Below, piece by piece: positions 9,220-16,242 of a DNA stretch of 32,000 nt. How positions within the stretch are numbered: position 1 is the first letter of the stretch; each line of letters begins with the position of its first letter. Source of the stretch: Mucisphaera calidilacus. GTDB lineage: Bacteria > Planctomycetota > Phycisphaerae > Phycisphaerales > Phycisphaeraceae. The translations under genes were made by a program, and so were the position numbers. Where the stretch lies: the NCBI RefSeq assembly GCF_007748075.1, contig NZ_CP036280.1, positions 330,001 to 362,000 on the forward strand, written 5' to 3'. A model generated the notes under the pieces. That model had not been told where the DNA came from. It searched no databases and was given only the letters and a program-made list of their open reading frames with translations.

Positions 9220-9403
9220 CGGCCAGTGCCAGCGAACTGTTTCTTCCACCGGAAAAGGGGCCGCTCGTACACCCTAAGCATCCGGTAGACCTGCGCCTCT
9301 CCCCGTATCCTGATCCATTCGTGATGCTCGTCTTCAGCGATATTTCGGCATTAGATTTGGAAACCAAGAAAGTACTGCAGGCCTGACTCTAAATGAGAGA
9401 ATT

Positions 9404-9473
9404 GCGGATACTACGAGAAGTGCGAACTGCTACGAACACACGCGAAACTTGCGAAGAACGCGAATCTTGCTAT
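9404..9473. repeat. Phased array of short direct repeats (RCGAA core every 9-10 bp) in an AT-richer non-coding patch
   Basis: Cores gcgga 9404, acgag 9413, gcgaa 9422, acgaa 9432, gcgaa 9442, gcgaa 9451, gcgaa 9460 and degenerate gctat 9469. Spacings are 9, 9, 10, 10, 9, 9 and 9. It can also be read as about three 19-bp units (CTACGA-N5-GCGAA-type). Confidence 0.6.
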
Positions 9474-9540
9474 CCTGCATTTCAGCTAAGGCTTGCAGCG
9501 TTTTTCGACGCCCTTGGATATCTTTTTCCCAAGCTGAATG

Positions 9541-9567
9541 TCGAGGGTTCGAGTCCCTTCACCCGCT
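9541..9567 (+). other. tRNA 3'-end-like fragment (T-arm plus 3' acceptor strand); possible att-site remnant
   Basis: GAGGG-TTCGAGT-CCCTT forms a T-stem/loop with the canonical GGTTCGAGTCC signature, followed by CACCCGC-T. No complementary 5' acceptor strand (GCGGGTG) and no D or anticodon arms were found in the preceding 100 nt. No CCA is encoded. Confidence 0.4.
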
Positions 9568-9590
9568 TTCTTTAGCTCTTCTGACGATCA

Positions 9591-9634
9591 ACGCCTTGTG
9601 CTGCCAATCGGCCACACAAGGCGTCTTTGTTTCG
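9591..9634 (+). terminator. Rho-independent terminator-like hairpin just downstream of the tRNA-like fragment
   Basis: ACGCCTTGTG (9591-9600) pairs perfectly with CACAAGGCGT (9615-9624). The intervening region can pair further (GCC/GGC). The hairpin is followed by CTTTGTTTCG. Confidence 0.5.
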
Positions 9635-9821
9635 CCCACGTCGCGAGTTACGCACCGGTCGCACCAACTAGCCAACGCCCGCCCCTCGCCAACACACGCC
9701 AACGTGTGCCATCCGCTTCCGGGGGCGGCCTGCTGTCCGTGCAAGGATCCGTACCAGCGCCCGGCCATTTCCGGGTACCACGTGCAAGGTTTCGTGCAAG
9801 GACTGGGGACCAGAGGTGGGC

Positions 9822-10046
9822 CTATCCCGCCACGGAGAGAGGCTGATCGGAGACTTCACTCGCTGGTGTACCGAAGGTAGGCAGCGTCTCCACCGCCTGG
9901 GCCACATCGAGCAGAGCCGGGTCGGTGTAGACGTTCATGGTGAGTTCGAGACTGCTGTGTCGCATGGCGGTCATGGCGACTCGCGGTGCAGCACCCGCCC
10001 GAGCAAGCTGAGTGCCGAACGTGTGGCGAAGGGCGTGGAGGTCGAC
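9822..10046 (-). pseudogene. Tyrosine recombinase (phage-type integrase) C-terminal fragment
   Basis: The minus-strand translation ...[56 protein letters not shown] carries the HxxR, H and catalytic-Y region of integrase box II. The upstream part of the 159-aa ORF is merely antisense to the hsdR piece, so about 75 of roughly 400 aa remain. Confidence 0.65.
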
Positions 10047-10235
10047 CGCTTCGAGAAGCGACAGGAGGCCATGGACGGCAAAGGCATGATCGTGTGCATG
10101 TCCCGCCGTATCTGTGTGGAACTCTGCGACGAGATTATCAAGCTGCGCCCGCAGTGGCACAGCGGAGAGGATGGCAAGGGGCAGATCAAGATCGTCATGA
10201 GCGGCTCGGCGTCTGACGTGGCCGAGTGGCAGCCG
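10041..10235 (+). pseudogene. hsdR: Type I restriction enzyme R subunit (HsdR) internal fragment
   Basis: ...[63 protein letters not shown] closely resembles the conserved helicase-C region of HsdR proteins. Only about 65 aa are present, with no N- or C-terminal continuation. It abuts the integrase fragment on the opposite strand. Confidence 0.65.
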
Positions 10236-10260
10236 GGAGAAGGTGGTGTGGACGGAGTAT

Positions 10261-10285
10261 GAAAAGGCCGCCTGTGAAGGCGGCC
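10261..10285 (-). terminator. Rho-independent terminator of the minus-strand regulator/pseudopilin/PEP-CTERM operon
   Basis: On the minus strand: GGCCGCC-TTCACA-GGCGGCC followed by TTTTC. It lies about 60 nt downstream of the stop at 10343. Confidence 0.7.
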
Positions 10286-10342
10286 GGGTGTAATAGATCA
10301 ATCGACCGTCAGCGTGGGGCTAGTGTGGCCACACGGGGCCGG

Positions 10343-11071
10343 TCAGTGTTGACCGCGTCTGCTCGCCAAGAGTCCTGCAAGTCCCAGGAGCGCCAGGGAA
10401 CTCGGCTCGGGCACCTGTGTGCCCTCGATCTTCAGGTTGTCCACGTTGGTGCCGCCGCCGGACCATCCCTTTGATGAACTCAGGAAGACCTGGGCTCCAT
10501 TGGCGTAGTTAGCGTAGTTAAGGTCGTGGCTGTTGGCCCCGACGCTCTCGCCGTTGTGGAAGACTTCAACGTTGGTAGGCCCAACCGACAGGCGCCATGT
10601 TGCCTCATAGTTGTTGCTGTTTGCGATGGACGCGATCACGCGGTTCTTGAAGCTTGCGTTCAGATTACGAACGAGCACCTCGACATCGTCGCTCCGCCTC
10701 TGTATCTGGACGATCAGACGGACACTCTCGTCGTCGATGGATTGAATGCCGAAGCTCGTGGGAGCAAAGGCTCCGCTGCCTCCGATGATGTCGAGGTCGA
10801 TCGAGATCGGTGTCTCGGCATCCACCGTAAACGCCTCGGGTCGAACCACTGAAGCGTCGCCACTGCTTGAGAAGTCAACCCGCAGGCTTTCATTGTTTCC
10901 CTGCAGGATGACCGCAGGGCCTGTTGTGGTCACTTCGTACACATCTTCAAACGCTGTCTGGTCGGCGTAGGTCGAGAAATCATCGGTGATGATCTCGCCG
11001 GAAACCGCGGTTGCCAGCGTGAGCCCGAGGGTCACGCTCAGGGCCAGTGAGCCGGGGTTGATCTTATCCAT
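10343..11071 (-). CDS. Secreted PEP-CTERM sorting-domain protein, function unknown (possibly a lectin/jelly-roll-like module)
   Basis: Signal peptide MDKINPGSLALSVTLGLTLATAVSG. The mature N-terminus EIITDDFSTYADQ resembles that of the 26013 gene (DVVFMEDFESAD). C-terminus VPEPSSLALLGLAGLLASRRGQH. Confidence 0.75.
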   Translation of the reverse strand: MDKINPGSLALSVTLGLTLATAVSGEIITDDFSTYADQTAFEDVYEVTTTGPAVILQGNNESLRVDFSSSGDASVVRPEAFTVDAETPISIDLDIIGGSGAFAPTSFGIQSIDDESVRLIVQIQRRSDDVEVLVRNLNASFKNRVIASIANSNNYEATWRLSVGPTNVEVFHNGESVGANSHDLNYANYANGAQVFLSSSKGWSGGGTNVDNLKIEGTQVPEPSSLALLGLAGLLASRRGQH

Positions 11072-11151
11072 GTTCTCTATCTCCTATGTGAGAGCATCTG
11101 TTCACGAACCCCAACACGGGGAACGTTTTTAGGCTGAATCTTCGGGTGGGC

Positions 11152-11880
11152 TTAGTACCCTAGCCAGAGTGTCTCGTTGGACGTCGGTGTATCCAGAAAC
11201 TCCGTGTTCGACAGGGAGGAAACGTGCCCGTCTGCGTAGAGGAGGTTGTGCGCTTCGCCCGGGTGTCGATTGATCACGGCTTCCAGGCGGCTTTGCAGCT
11301 TCGGCAGGCCTGCCCACGGGTGGATGCTGATAAAGATCGACTTCCCGTCGGACTGCGTGAAGGTTTCGGAAGGCGACATGATCTGATCCGGGCGTTTGTA
11401 GTGCCAGTGCCGGCCGGGATTGTCATTGTTCGTCTTGTTCCAGTGCAGCGACCCGTTCATGACGTAGCCGCGATTCTCCCAGTCAATCACGTCATGATCC
11501 TGCTCCCATGACGGGCAAACAAACTCTGATCCTTCCAGTTCCTCAAAGGAACCGTCCTCGATGGGACGCCACTGGGGGTCGTCCCGTCCGGCCACGTAGG
11601 GGTAGAGGATGCGAATCCAGGTGCGTTCAGCAAAGGGGGTCACGGGGTTGCTGTCGTAAACGCTGGGCCAGTAGGACTGGAAGTCAATGCGGTACGCGGC
11701 CAGCCCGATGCCGAGTTGCTTCAAGTTTGACTTGCACACCGACGATCGGGCGGCTTCTCTCGCTGCCGAGAGTGCGGGCAGCAGGATTCCGATCAGCAGG
11801 GAGATGATCGAGATCACGACGAGTAGTTCGATGAGTGTGAAGCCCGAGTCAACTCGTCTGGGTATTCCTGTCAACATCAT
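11152..11880 (-). CDS. Prepilin-type N-terminal cleavage/methylation protein, DUF1559 / H-X9-DG family (pseudopilin-like)
   Basis: DSG|[44 protein letters not shown] at the N-terminus. C-terminal [15 protein letters not shown] (H-x10-DG). Confidence 0.85.
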   Translation of the reverse strand: MMLTGIPRRVDSGFTLIELLVVISIISLLIGILLPALSAAREAARSSVCKSNLKQLGIGLAAYRIDFQSYWPSVYDSNPVTPFAERTWIRILYPYVAGRDDPQWRPIEDGSFEELEGSEFVCPSWEQDHDVIDWENRGYVMNGSLHWNKTNNDNPGRHWHYKRPDQIMSPSETFTQSDGKSIFISIHPWAGLPKLQSRLEAVINRHPGEAHNLLYADGHVSSLSNTEFLDTPTSNETLWLGY

Positions 11881-11974
11881 TAATTCCTATCAATACGAGG
11901 CAGTCAGAAGTTCTGTGTCGTCAGACAAGGAGGCTGGATACGTCGATACCGATGAACGTGAGGCAGTGAATGAC

Positions 11975-13129
11975 CTACTGGGAGCGACTGGTCTCTTGAG
12001 GTTCGTGGTGGCGCGGTGTTTCTTCGGTGGCGTCTTGTTCGGTGAGATCCAGGACGCTGTTTCGCTCGACAAGCCGGGGCATGACCTGCATCACGCGGGG
12101 CGAGCCCGCGTCGCCGTCAAGGATCTGGCAGAGGCGGACCGCTGCTCGTCCCGCCGCCACACTCTTTCGCGTCCACACGGCGGTGATCTGGGGCCTGCTC
12201 AGGGCGAAGGATCCATCGTCCCCGATGGCGACCACCGACACGTCTTTCGGGACAGAGCGCCCGGACTCGTGGACCGCCCGAGCGATGCCTGTGGTGATGA
12301 CGGGGTTGATGCCCACGACGGCGGTGAGATCGGGGTGTTCGGCTAAGAGTGACTGGGTGGCACGAGTTCCGTTCGCGTGAGGCTCCGACAGATCGACGAC
12401 ATCCCCCTCCACGTAGGACACCGCAAGATCAGAAAAGCGTAGGCCGTACTCGCGAAGCGCCATGTCGGCGCCGGTCCGTATGTCGCAGAACGAGGGCACC
12501 TGCGAGCCGAGATCGACGTAGCCGATGCGGCGATGGCCTTTCTTGAGCAGGTGGCCGAAGGCCAGCCGCCCTGCCTCGACACCGTCAAAGACCACGGCGT
12601 CGACGTCGATGCCGTCCAGGCGGATGGTGGCCTGGACGCAGGGTATGCCGTGTGTCAGGAAGCGTTTGACCGCGGGGGCAAATCGGTTGTCGGTGGGCGG
12701 GCACAGGATGACGCCTGCCACCTGATTCTTCACCAGAAGATCCAGCATCTCGACCTGATCGCCAAAGTCGCCCTGTGCGGCGAGGATGATCAGGTGATAC
12801 GGGGTCTGTTTGATGGCGTCCTGGACCCTGGTGACGATGTTCCCGACGGTATCCAGAGAGGCTAAGGCCAGCACGATGAACCGTGGGCGGTTGCTGGACT
12901 GAGCGACGAACACGCCCTTTCGTTCGGAGGAATCGAGAAGGCCCTCGCGGGTCAGAGCCGAGATTGCCTGCTGCAGCGTGCCCACGGAGCACCCGTACTC
13001 CCGGCTGAGTTGTCGCATGCTGGGGAGCTTGTCCCCGGGTGACAGCTCGGCGAGGCGAACCCGCCTGCGGATATCGCCACCGATCTGGTTCACGAGGAGA
13101 ATGCCGGGTTCGGGGGGGTTGTCAGGCAT
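11975..13129 (-). CDS. AraR-type chimeric regulator: GntR-family wHTH plus LacI/GalR-type sugar-binding domain
   Basis: GntR HTH: LPSMRQLSREYGCSVGTLQQAISALTREGLLDSSERKGVFV. PBP type I effector domain: GVILCPP, GHRRIGYVDLG, VPKDVSVVAIGDDG. The start is taken at ATG 13129; the track's 13138 start is a TTG. Confidence 0.75.
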   Translation of the reverse strand: MPDNPPEPGILLVNQIGGDIRRRVRLAELSPGDKLPSMRQLSREYGCSVGTLQQAISALTREGLLDSSERKGVFVAQSSNRPRFIVLALASLDTVGNIVTRVQDAIKQTPYHLIILAAQGDFGDQVEMLDLLVKNQVAGVILCPPTDNRFAPAVKRFLTHGIPCVQATIRLDGIDVDAVVFDGVEAGRLAFGHLLKKGHRRIGYVDLGSQVPSFCDIRTGADMALREYGLRFSDLAVSYVEGDVVDLSEPHANGTRATQSLLAEHPDLTAVVGINPVITTGIARAVHESGRSVPKDVSVVAIGDDGSFALSRPQITAVWTRKSVAAGRAAVRLCQILDGDAGSPRVMQVMPRLVERNSVLDLTEQDATEETPRHHEPQETSRSQ

Positions 13130-13161
13130 GGCGGTCAAACAGAATGAACAGATATCCGGTC

Positions 13162-13177
13162 GATTCAGTGATTCAGT
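13162..13177. repeat. Perfect tandem 8-mer GATTCAGT x2 in the divergent promoter region
   Basis: Read directly: gattcagtgattcagt. It lies 33 bp upstream of the regulator ATG on the minus strand, within the AT-richer 13139-13497 intergenic region. TGTACTA also occurs twice in that region (13197 and 13354). Confidence 0.5.
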
Positions 13178-13497
13178 CGGTCCTCCCCCCGGAATATGTA
13201 CTATAACAAACGGTCATGCGGAAGCAAGCAATTGTTTCAACGGGCTCATAAAATCAGACAGATATACGCTTAAGTGCATTAAATATAGAAACTTATGATT
13301 CAACAAGTCTTGCGTTGAAGGTCTGAGATCCGGCGGTCACGAGACCGGGCATCTGTACTAGAATACTTTGCATTCTGCGTTGCTGGTGCTACACTTTCGC
13401 TGACGTATCGCTTCAGATTCTCTCGTTTTGTTGATGGTCGCATCATCATATTGCTGGCCATGCATCTTGTGTCTGCTACCTAAAAAGGCCTGTAACT

Positions 13498-15144
13498 ATG
13501 GAAATCAAAAACACATATATGCATCGCAGCCGTCTGATGGTTCGGATCAGCCAGCTGTTCATTGTTGTGCTGGCGTGTTCTCAGGGCTTTGCGGCTTCGG
13601 ACGCCAGGCCCCGTCCGGGCGGCGAGTACGACGGCGTCTTGCTGACCGGGCGAGAGTCATCGTCCGGTCCGATCAGGTTGCTGATCAGGGAGACAGCCAC
13701 CAGTCATCCGGTCCATCGTGAAGTCCTCGGGTTCAACTGGGGCTGGGTCTGGACCGCGACGCGGGTTCTTGAAATCGATACGACACGTCTTACCGAAGCC
13801 TTCACGGAGAGCATCCGTAACTTGCCGGTTCCGCTGATCCGGATGGCTGGGACGGAGTCGCAGTACTTCCAGTGGCGTGAGGCCATCGGTCCGCTGGACG
13901 CGCGCCGGCCGATCATCATCAACGCCTACGACAAGTCGTTCGGCAAGCGGCGGATGGACTTCGGGCTGCCGGAGTTGGTTCGTGTCATGCAGCACGCGGG
14001 AGGCCCTACCCGTCTGGCCTATGTTCTGAATTTTGAACTGGACAGCGCGCAGGATCACGCAGACCTTGCGGAGTATCTGACGGGCGACGGCCGAGAGAAC
14101 CTCAACGGGGGAAAGAACTGGGCCGCGGTGCGTATCGCTTCGGGGTTACCCGAGCCCGTGGATGTTGCTGTGTGGGAGTTGGGGAACGAATTGGACTGGT
14201 CGTTCCACCGCGAGAGTTTCCCGAGTGTCGAGGTGTACATTGAGCGGTGCCGCGAGACCATCCGGGCGATCCGCGCGGTCCAGCCTGATGCGCGTTTTGC
14301 CGCGTTGACGACGACAGCGCCATGGAACAAGAAGATGCAGGATCCTGAGAAGTACTGGCCGCGCTGGCACCGTCGTGTCATCGAGGAGCTCGGGGATGAG
14401 ATTGATTACCTCACGTTTCACCCTTACTACCACGGCCACTCGCCGGTGACACTCCGCTCGTACATGGACCGGATCGCTGAGGATGTCGAGAGGATCACGG
14501 GCTCGGATCGGATCAAGTTCTTCATTTCAGAGCACGCCCGGTGGCCCGGGCCTCGGCCGGGAGGCGGACTCCGGGGGCGGGATACCCACAACCTCAAGGG
14601 TTGTCTTGCCGTGGCCGAGTTCCTCAACCTGAGTTTCGGCAATCCGGATGTAGCCATGATGGCGTACCACAACCTCAATGCCGGCCCCTGGAACGCCATC
14701 GAGCTTGATTCCGACACGGGACGTTGGCACCACAACGGCATTGCTCGTCTCTTTCAGATGTACCATCGCCACCTGGGGACGCACGTGGTGACGCACCGTA
14801 TTCGGGGTGATGGCACGAGTACCGAGAAAACAGACCTGAACGTGACGGTGTTGGTCACAAGCGATCAGCCGACGCGTGGCGACGCGCCCGAGGAGCTGTC
14901 GGTGATTCTTGTCAATCGTGATTCCGATGATCCCCGGCGGCTGTCGATCAGTGCCTCCTCGCGGTACCGGATCGCATCGGGTGAGATCATGACTTCAGGC
15001 AGCATGGATGCCGCGAATACCGCCACGGAATCTCCTTTGGATCCCCGTGTGCTCGTTCCTGAGCGGCATGGTGACCTGAGGTCCTTTGTGCTTCCCGCCA
15101 AGTCGATTGTTGCGATGAAGCTCGTGCGTGTGGACGACGAGTAA
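13498..15144 (+). CDS. Secreted clan GH-A glycoside hydrolase, GH51-like (alpha-L-arabinofuranosidase-like, divergent)
   Basis: Signal peptide ISQLFIVVLACSQGFAASD. The order of blocks parallels GH51: IRMAGTESQYFQWREAIGP..RRP, FGLPELVRVM, VWELGNELDW (acid/base Glu in GNE), IDYLTFHPYY and FFISEHARW (candidate nucleophile Glu). Confidence 0.65.
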   Translation: MEIKNTYMHRSRLMVRISQLFIVVLACSQGFAASDARPRPGGEYDGVLLTGRESSSGPIRLLIRETATSHPVHREVLGFNWGWVWTATRVLEIDTTRLTEAFTESIRNLPVPLIRMAGTESQYFQWREAIGPLDARRPIIINAYDKSFGKRRMDFGLPELVRVMQHAGGPTRLAYVLNFELDSAQDHADLAEYLTGDGRENLNGGKNWAAVRIASGLPEPVDVAVWELGNELDWSFHRESFPSVEVYIERCRETIRAIRAVQPDARFAALTTTAPWNKKMQDPEKYWPRWHRRVIEELGDEIDYLTFHPYYHGHSPVTLRSYMDRIAEDVERITGSDRIKFFISEHARWPGPRPGGGLRGRDTHNLKGCLAVAEFLNLSFGNPDVAMMAYHNLNAGPWNAIELDSDTGRWHHNGIARLFQMYHRHLGTHVVTHRIRGDGTSTEKTDLNVTVLVTSDQPTRGDAPEELSVILVNRDSDDPRRLSISASSRYRIASGEIMTSGSMDAANTATESPLDPRVLVPERHGDLRSFVLPAKSIVAMKLVRVDDE

Positions 15145-15246
15145 CTCGGCGAATGTGGAGGCATGTGGTGGGGGTGAGGCGGTGTCGGGCGGCGGGCGGA
15201 GCCGGACGCACGCGGGGTTCGACGCCTTCGCAGGCTTGCGGAACGC

Positions 15247-15689
15247 TCAGCCCTCGCGCCACTCGGCCAGCATGTCGTTGACCTCGTCGATGTCGAACGC
15301 TTCGGGATCGAAATCGTCACCTAACCATTCAACCAGATCATCGTGTTCTTCGTGATCGGCATCAGCCACCACGGTGAGCATGTGTTCATACCTATAGATA
15401 CCGCCGCAATCTTCAGGCGGACAGGCCAGTTTCCCCGCCAGGCAGACCGGATAGTCGACGCCAGGCTTGGGTCTGCCGGGGCGATATCCTGCACCTCGAT
15501 GGTGTGTTCCCACCCGTCGCCGAAGTCGTACTCATAGGTCAGCTTGCTCTTGACCTTCGGGCACACCTCGGCCAGCGTGATGACATCTTCGTCCTCACCC
15601 TCCATTTCCGTCGGGTCGCCGAAATCCGGTGGCAGGGGGGCAACACGCAGTCGTCGCGTTCGGCCGCTGGCACAAACGATCCGCTTCAT
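15247..15689 (-). pseudogene. pRiA4b ORF-3-like (IS-associated passenger) family gene, frameshifted and N-terminally truncated
   Basis: One frame gives KLTYEYDFGDGWEHTIEVQDIAP. A second frame continues GRPKPGVDYPVCLAGKLACPPEDCGGIYRYEHML..HEEHDDLVEWLGDDFDPEAFDIDEVN. The two ORFs (15321-15689 and 15247-15513) overlap, which implies a 1-nt indel near 15480-15500. The usual N-terminal WRR-type segment is missing. Confidence 0.65.
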
Positions 15690-16126
15690 TGGCCCCGGAT
15701 CACCGTGAAGCTGTAGGCGGGCAGGGTCGCTTTCCCGTCCAGCCCGACCAGCAAGACCTCGCGGTCAAGCGTTCTCGCGATCGGCGTCCGGTGCTCATCA
15801 AAAACCACCGGTACGCGAATCTTGCGATCCACCTGATCCGCGGTCAGCGTCACGGCACGATCGATAGGAAGCACACGCAATACGACGTCCGCCGGCTCCG
15901 AGGACACATTGATCAGAACCAGCTCACGCCCCCATGGACCCACAAAACTCACACCCGTCACCGCCGGCCGCGACCGGTCGCGCCAGTTCAACTGACCCTT
16001 GATCTGCTCGCCGCCGACCACCTCGACGCGGCTCACCCACTCCGCGCGACGGGCGCAGTCCGACATCATCGAGAACAGCTCCACCGCCGGGCTCGCCGAG
16101 ATCCAGTCGCCGTCAGGATCCACCAT
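15686..16126 (-). pseudogene. Orphan 146-aa ORF resembling a glycoside-hydrolase C-terminal beta-sandwich domain (probable gene remnant)
   Basis: ...VSFVGPWGRELVLINVSSEPADVVLRVL...GKATLPAYSFTVIRGQ resembles the C-terminal domains of GH13-type enzymes. No catalytic domain lies upstream. It shows an ATGA overlap with the pRiA4b-like fragment. The call is weak. Confidence 0.3.
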
Positions 16127-16242
16127 GCCAAAAGCCCGTTCAGCGCGTGCCCCGATTGCTCACGTATTTCTAACCTTACGGTGGTTTTTCAGTTGCGTGC
16201 AACGGCTAGGTTGTCTGCTGAGTTCTGGTTATAGCGTTTGGA

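Noticed and set aside
9404-9473. A CRISPR array.
   Set aside because: The repeat units are only 9-10 bp (or about 19 bp), are degenerate and lack unique spacers. No array-like structure with 24-48 bp repeats and 26-72 bp spacers occurs anywhere in the window, and no cas genes are present.
9290-9560. A canonical chromosomal oriC at the GC-skew switch.
   Set aside because: Only weak DnaA-box-like hits are present (for example TATCCGCAA on the minus strand near 9402-9410, and TTGGATAT near 9524, each with at least 2 mismatches to TTATCCACA when flanks are included). No dnaA or dnaN is nearby. All left-flank genes would be head-on. It is kept only as an alternative explanation under the skew finding.
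9470-9570. An intact tRNA or tmRNA gene ending at about 9567.
   Set aside because: Only the T-arm and 3' acceptor strand are present. No GCGGGTG 5' acceptor strand and no D-arm or 7-nt anticodon loop could be folded from the preceding 100 nt. The acceptor lacks the G3:U70 tmRNA/Ala identity pair. The only upstream hairpin (CTTGG...CCAAG) has an 11-nt loop.
9393-9880. ORFs 9393-9575(+), 9449-9880(+), 9538-9846(+), 9559-9768(-) and 9668-9907(-) in the junction region.
   Set aside because: They overlap one another in several frames and have no motifs. They span the tRNA-like fragment, the terminator hairpin and the short-repeat arrays, so they are most likely non-coding.
13197-13366. TGTACTA x2 and AGAAT-N7-ATTCT as defined AraR/GntR operators.
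   Set aside because: The half-site resemblance (TGTAC) is short and the palindromes are imperfect (5 bp arms). This is too weak to annotate as sites without binding data, so it is mentioned only as a lead.
16191-16202. The GTTGC-GT-GCAAC palindrome and repeated GTGCAAC upstream of the ToxR-like gene, considered as an autoregulatory site.
   Set aside because: There are only two short copies, one of which overlaps the putative GTG start. This could easily be chance in a 116-bp spacer.
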